In this document: one piece after another, positions 22,038 through 27,175 of the stretch
How the letters are laid out: each line of letters opens with the position of its first letter
How positions within the stretch are numbered: position 1 is the first letter of the stretch
Source of the DNA: Tubiluchus corallicola
Taxonomy: Eukaryota; Animalia; Priapulida
Direction of reading: 5' to 3'
Assembly: GCA_030141605.1 (NCBI GenBank)
Contig: JAQGDQ010001741.1
Span: forward strand, 1-27,175
DNA: 27,175 nucleotides
The notes under the pieces: generated by a model
Database searches by the model: none
Told to the model about the DNA's origin: nothing
What the model saw: only the letters and a program-made list of their open reading frames with translations
Made by a program: the position numbers and the translations under genes

Positions 22038-22392
22038 CCCTTTCATACCCGTTGTATCCCGTGGGATACGAGAATATTTTCTGCCTTTAAAATTAATAAA
22101 ATTTTAAAACTGACAATTATTTGATCTGTTAATAGTTACTTTGATTTAAGCCAATAACAATAGACTAAAACTTGTGATAAAATGGCAAACTAGAAAATCT
22201 ACATAGCATAAAAAACTGCGCAAGGTACAGTACTTTAGAGACGACTTTGTACAGATCAGCATAGCATACATACTAAATGTCTTAAATACTTTAAAAAATT
22301 ATCAGCAGTTGCAAAATCAAGCACATTTTTTGCTTTTGTTGTGTTTCTAAAAAAGTTTTTCTTATTAAAAAAATAATTTGGGACAGAAAGGG
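22038..22392. mobile_element. piggyBac-type MITE, 355 bp
   Basis: TTAA|CCCTTTCATACCC...GGGACAGAAAGGG|TTAA: TTAA TSD with CCCTTTC TIRs. Confidence 0.82.
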
Positions 22393-22782
22393 TTAAGCCA
22401 CTTTATGGGATATGTGTGACATTCATGTACTGATTATGTTGCAATAAAGCATTCAGTGGTATCTCTGTTGACAGTGTTTTTATGACTACATACACTATCA
22501 GTTTTAAAACACACTAGCAGTTTAATAATTTTTCTTTAATATTTCAACGTTTCAAATGTCGCTCATCATTGGTGAAAAATGAACGACTGAAAAAAGTAGG
22601 CACAACAATATGTGCCAAAAACTGTGATAAGATTCTGATGCACGTGTACTTGGTTGTGACTTATTTATAGCAATGCGCTAACTAACGGCTTGTGGTGCGT
22701 TACCAGCGCTTGACTACAACCAGGTTTGAATTTTGCACAACCAAGCATTCGGATGATCACGAATGTGATGCAGAGAAAATCA

Positions 22783-22793
22783 AAATAAATGAA

Positions 22794-22828
<35 letters not shown>

Positions 22829-22845
22829 ATGAATGAATGAATGAA

Positions 22846-22940
<95 letters not shown>

Positions 22941-22976
22941 ATGAATGAATAAATAAATAAATAAATAAATAAATAA
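22783..22976. repeat. (AAAT/GAAT)n microsatellite
   Basis: Directly visible. Confidence 0.98.
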
Positions 22977-23373
22977 GCAAGCAATTAAATAAAGGTCTTT
23001 TTTGGAATCTTTTGCATTTTAAGGTAGCATAGTTTTGCTCATAATATTGTTGCCCATATCTGCATCAGTCTCATCAGGGGAGATATATCGAAAACGAGAT
23101 ATGGATATAGTTATATTATACATAAATATTGTGAAAGAATTAGTAGCAAATGAATTGATAATGTAATTTAAAAACTTAGCATGAAATTTAAACTCGGGAG
23201 ATATCTCTAAAAACTAGGCAAAGCTCTAGGCCTTTTATATGGAAAGTTTTCAACATATATATATAATTGTTTGAAACTTCACCAATTGAAAATCAATTTT
23301 CCGTCAAATTATAAACGTGTGCTAAGTGTAGGTGTATAATTAATATATAAATATGGTGTGCAACACTTACAAG

Positions 23374-23479
23374 AACAACAACAGCAACAGCAGCAACAGC
23401 AACAGGAACAGCAACAACAACAGCCACAGCCACAGCCACAGCAACAACAAAAAGCAACAACAGCAACAACAGCAACAGC

Positions 23480-23526
<47 letters not shown>

Positions 23527-23842
23527 AAAGCAGCTACAGCAGCAGCAGCAGCAGCAGCAACAACAACAACAACAAAAAGCAGCTACAGCAACAGCAACAG
23601 CAACAGCAGCAACAACAGCAACAGCAACAACAATAACAACAAAAAGCAGCTACAGCAGCAGCAACAGCAGCGGCAGCTGCAACAGCAATGGCAATAGCAA
23701 CAACAACAACAACAACAGCAGCAGCAACAACAACAACAATAACAAGCAGCTACAGCAGCAACAGCAACAACAACAATAACAAGCAGCAACAGCAACAACA
23801 ACAATAACAAGCAGCAACAGCAGCAACAGTAAGAACAACAAC
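23374..23842. repeat. (CAA/CAG)n compound microsatellite
   Basis: Directly visible; produces poly-Q, poly-T and poly-L ORFs in several frames. Confidence 0.96.
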
Positions 23843-24654
23843 CGCAATTGCCGCCATTTCCACTGCTGCCACAAGAACATCAACAACAAAAACAAAAATT
23901 GTTGCTGAAAGTTGCCTTGTCTGTTTCTGAGTAAAATTAGTGCTAAATTAGTGCCTGTTGTGATGACAAAATTTATATGAGATGAGCTCAAGCCAAAAAT
24001 GCTATCATTTGTGATGCCGAAAAGATTGTGGTCCAAAAGGTTGTCTGAATTTCAAACGTTGTCAAGACAAAGATGGAGAATGAAGCCAGAACGTTGTTAT
24101 TATTATAAACTAATTAACTAACTAATTAATCTAGATATTGTATGCTCATGTCGCAGATGGCAGCTCAATTTAATTCTAGTTTTTTCCGGTTAATTAATTT
24201 ACTGATATTTATTAATTTGACTTGCAAGTTTAAACTCTAATGTTTCATTGCTATTAATTAAGTTTGTGCTGCCACCTATTAATGAAGTTATCACTTAATG
24301 TTTTGTATGGAACTAGACCACTTGGTTTACTCAGTAGAATATAGTGGCTTCTCACAGTAATTAGATTAGTAACTCGTGGCCACGGGTAGATTAGTATTTT
24401 GTCCAACACGCCACAAACACTTCTTTGTCGCTTTCCTTTATAAGGCCTGCATGTTCAAATATAGGTACAATCTTTCTTCAAATTATAGAATCTTTGAATA
24501 CCACGATCTTTATTATTGATCTAGTGGTAAATTACTGGCAATAGAAATTAACGGAATAATTTCTTTTAACACTTTCAAGTCCAATGAGTCGATGTACAAA
24601 GACCCTTGTTATTAACATTACGATTGTATTGTATTTATTTGATGCCTAATCAGC

Positions 24655-25048
24655 TTATGATCTTGATGTTGTTTGTTTGTTGCTCTGTCTGCCCTCTGTT
24701 ATGCTTGTTTGTTCATTTTGATGATTCTAGTGTCAAACAACAACAATAAATACGGAAGATGATGGCCTTTATGGTGGTTATGGTGATGATGACCATGATG
24801 ATGATGATGATGATGATAATGATGATGATGATGATGGTGCTGGTGGTGGTGGCGGCGATGATAATCTTGATTATGATGATGATGATGATGGTGGTGATGA
24901 TGATAATCTTGATAATGATGTTTGTTTGTTACTCTGTCTGCCCGTCTGTTTACTTGTTTGTTCGTTTTGCTGATTCTAGTGTCAAACAACAACAATAAAT
25001 ACGGAAGATGATGGCCTTTATGGTGGTGATGGTGATGATGATGGCGAC

Positions 25049-25081
<33 letters not shown>

Positions 25082-25128
25082 GGTGGCGATAATCTTGATA
25101 ATGTTGTTTGTTTGTTGCTCTGTCTGCA
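24655..25128. repeat. About 249-bp tandem duplication containing a (GAT/GGT)n tract
   Basis: gattctagtgtcaaacaacaacaataaatacggaagatgatggcctttatggtgg at 24723 and 24972. Confidence 0.92.
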
Positions 25129-25367
25129 CTAGAGTTTGAAGGTAGTGAGGAGGGACCGAAACCTAAATCTTTCCCAGTGACTAACCGGATGACCGTTTTC
25201 CAGTATCGGTAATTTCGTATGTGCGTGCCGTTGTAGACTGTATGTTGTAGTCAGGCAAGTGGCTGTTGCCTTGATGTGATTTTGGTGATGAGAAACTTGT
25301 CTCTCCTTTTGTCACTTTGTGGTCATGTTGTAGGATGCATAGGTTGATGTTCTGTATCTGTGCTTTG

Positions 25368-26486
25368 CATTATGTGTTATGTCTGTAGTTATCAATTTAA
25401 CATCTAGGGTTGAGCAGTCAGTGTATTATGTGTTATGTCTGTAGTTACCACTTTAACATCTAGGGTTGAGCAGTCAATGCATTATGTGTTATGTCTGTAG
25501 TTATCAATTTAACATCTAAGGTTGGGCAGTCAATGTATTATGTGTTACGTCTGTAGTTATCACTTTAAAATCTAAGGTTGAGCAGTCAATGTGTTATGAG
25601 TTATATCTGTAGTTATTACATTAACATCTAAGGTTGGGCAGTCAATGTATTATGTGTTATGTCTGTAGTTATCACTTTAACATCTAAGGTTGGGCAGTCA
25701 ATGTATTATGTGTTACGTCTGTAGTTATCACTTTAACATCTATGGTTGAGCAGTCAATGTATTATGTGTTATGTCTGTAGTTATCACTTTAACATCTAAG
25801 GTTGAGCAGTCAATGTATTATGTGTTACGTCTGTAGTTATCACTTTAACATCTAAGGTTGAGCAGTCAATGTATTATGTGTTACGTCTGTAGTTATCACT
25901 TTAACATCTAGGGTTGAGCAGTCAATGTATTATGTGTTATGTCTGTAGTTATCACTTTAACATCTAAGGTTGAGCAGTCAATGTATTATGTGTTATGTCT
26001 GTAGTTATCACTTTAACATCTAAGGTTGGGCAGTCAATGTATTATGTGTTATGTCTGTAGTTATCACTTTAACATCTAAGGTTGAGCAGTCAATGTATTA
26101 TGTGTTATGTCTGTAGTTATCACTTTAACATCTAAGGTTGGGCAGTCAATGTATTATGTGTTACGTCTGTAGTTATCACTTTAGCATCTAAGGTTGGGCA
26201 GTCAATGTATTATGTGTTACGTCTGTAGTTATCATTTTAACATCTAAGGTTGGGCAGTCAATGTATTATGTGTTACGTCTGTAGTTATCACTTTAACATC
26301 TAAGGTTGGGCAGTCAATGTATTATGTGTTATGTCTGTAGTTATCACTTTAACATCTAAGGTTGGGCAGTCAGTGTATTATGTGTTATGTCTGTAGTTAC
26401 CACTTTAACATCTAGGGTTGAGCAGTCAGTGTATTATGTGTTATGTCTGTAGTTATCAATTTAACATCTAGGGTTGAGCAGTCACT
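25368..26486. repeat. 56-bp minisatellite, about 20 copies
   Basis: Unit TATTATGTGTTATGTCTGTAGTTATCACTTTAACATCTAAGGTTGAGCAGTCAATG. Confidence 0.97.
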
Positions 26487-26797
26487 GTGACTGGGTCCCT
26501 GGCAGGAGAGTTTGAAGATAGTGAGTAGAGATCCAATTCAGAATCTTTCCCGGTGCCTCACCAATCTTTCCCCCTTCCTCTGGTGGTAATTTTGTATGTG
26601 TGTGGATGTTGCAGATTGTACGATTTGCAGCTGTTATGTCTCTTTTTGTTGTTTGTGTGTGACGTTTGCATCAGTTTAATTTTTATTTACACAACGAGAA
26701 AAAAAGTGTGGATCCCAAGACAACCCTAAAATGAACTAAAATCACTTTTTTCAGGCACACTAACCGAATTTTGAGACTTAAGCATCAGATGAGGAAG

Positions 26798-26829
26798 TAA
26801 ATAAATAAATAATTAAGCAAATAAATAAA

Positions 26830-26866
<37 letters not shown>

Positions 26867-26882
26867 ACAAACAAACAAAGAA

Positions 26883-26913
<31 letters not shown>
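26798..26913. repeat. (AAAT)n microsatellite
   Basis: Directly visible. Confidence 0.95.
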
Positions 26914-26915
<2 letters not shown>

Positions 26916-27175
26916 TAGCATAATTCTGATAACTGCAAAAGCCAAAACACAGCAAATACTTGACATGGTAATTTATTAAATCAGCGAAGTTTTTGATAAG
27001 CTATTATCATGATTTTTATAAATCATAAAAAATTATTCTGCATTGTCGATGAGTCTGATTATTCATTTTTCTCTCATTTTGCATATGATTTTTGAATACA
27101 AGGCACAAGCTCTCATTGATCCTGTATGTTGTTGTTCACCATTAAGTGGATGAATGAGCAGTGATCCAGTCGTAA

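Noticed and set aside
24340-24650. Possible CR1/L2 ORF2 C-terminal relic (LVVNYW...SFNTFKS)
   Set aside because: Only two short motifs separated by a stop; too weak without a database search.
23293-24998. Poly-Q, poly-H and poly-M ORFs
   Set aside because: Products of (CAA/CAG)n and (GAT)n repeats with no flanking domain or splice support.
2105-26486. Regular tandem arrays as CRISPR arrays
   Set aside because: Units are contiguous with no unique spacers, no cas genes are present, and the context is eukaryotic.

Overview
AT-rich, repeat-dense genomic DNA from an animal, probably an invertebrate. It is not prokaryotic and has no CRISPR array. The firm gene is the 5' part of HMG-CoA reductase (HMGCR) on the minus strand. 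Four coding exons (6544-6389, 5362-5254, 4630-4543, 3654-3570) splice in frame through GT-AG sites to give the N-terminal membrane/sterol-sensing region. The rest of the gene was not found and probably lies left of the window. Two candidate promoter/non-coding first-exon regions lie upstream (about 11.9-12.2 kb and 18.9-19.2 kb), plus an E-box/ETS-rich intronic module (about 8.6-8.9 kb). The remainder is MITEs (hAT-, Tc1/mariner- and piggyBac-type), two solo LTRs of one family, LINE-like remnants, and many micro- and minisatellites, which explain nearly all long ORFs in the track. Leads worth following: (1) the HMGCR carries Asn at the Ser60-equivalent and YIYL instead of the Insig-binding YIYF; (2) two phase-compatible plus-strand exon candidates suggest an antisense gene with a furin-like site interleaved with HMGCR; (3) the donor sites of two HMGCR exons are duplicated in tandem; (4) one site in a dispersed repeat was hit by three different transposons, with an empty copy nearby.
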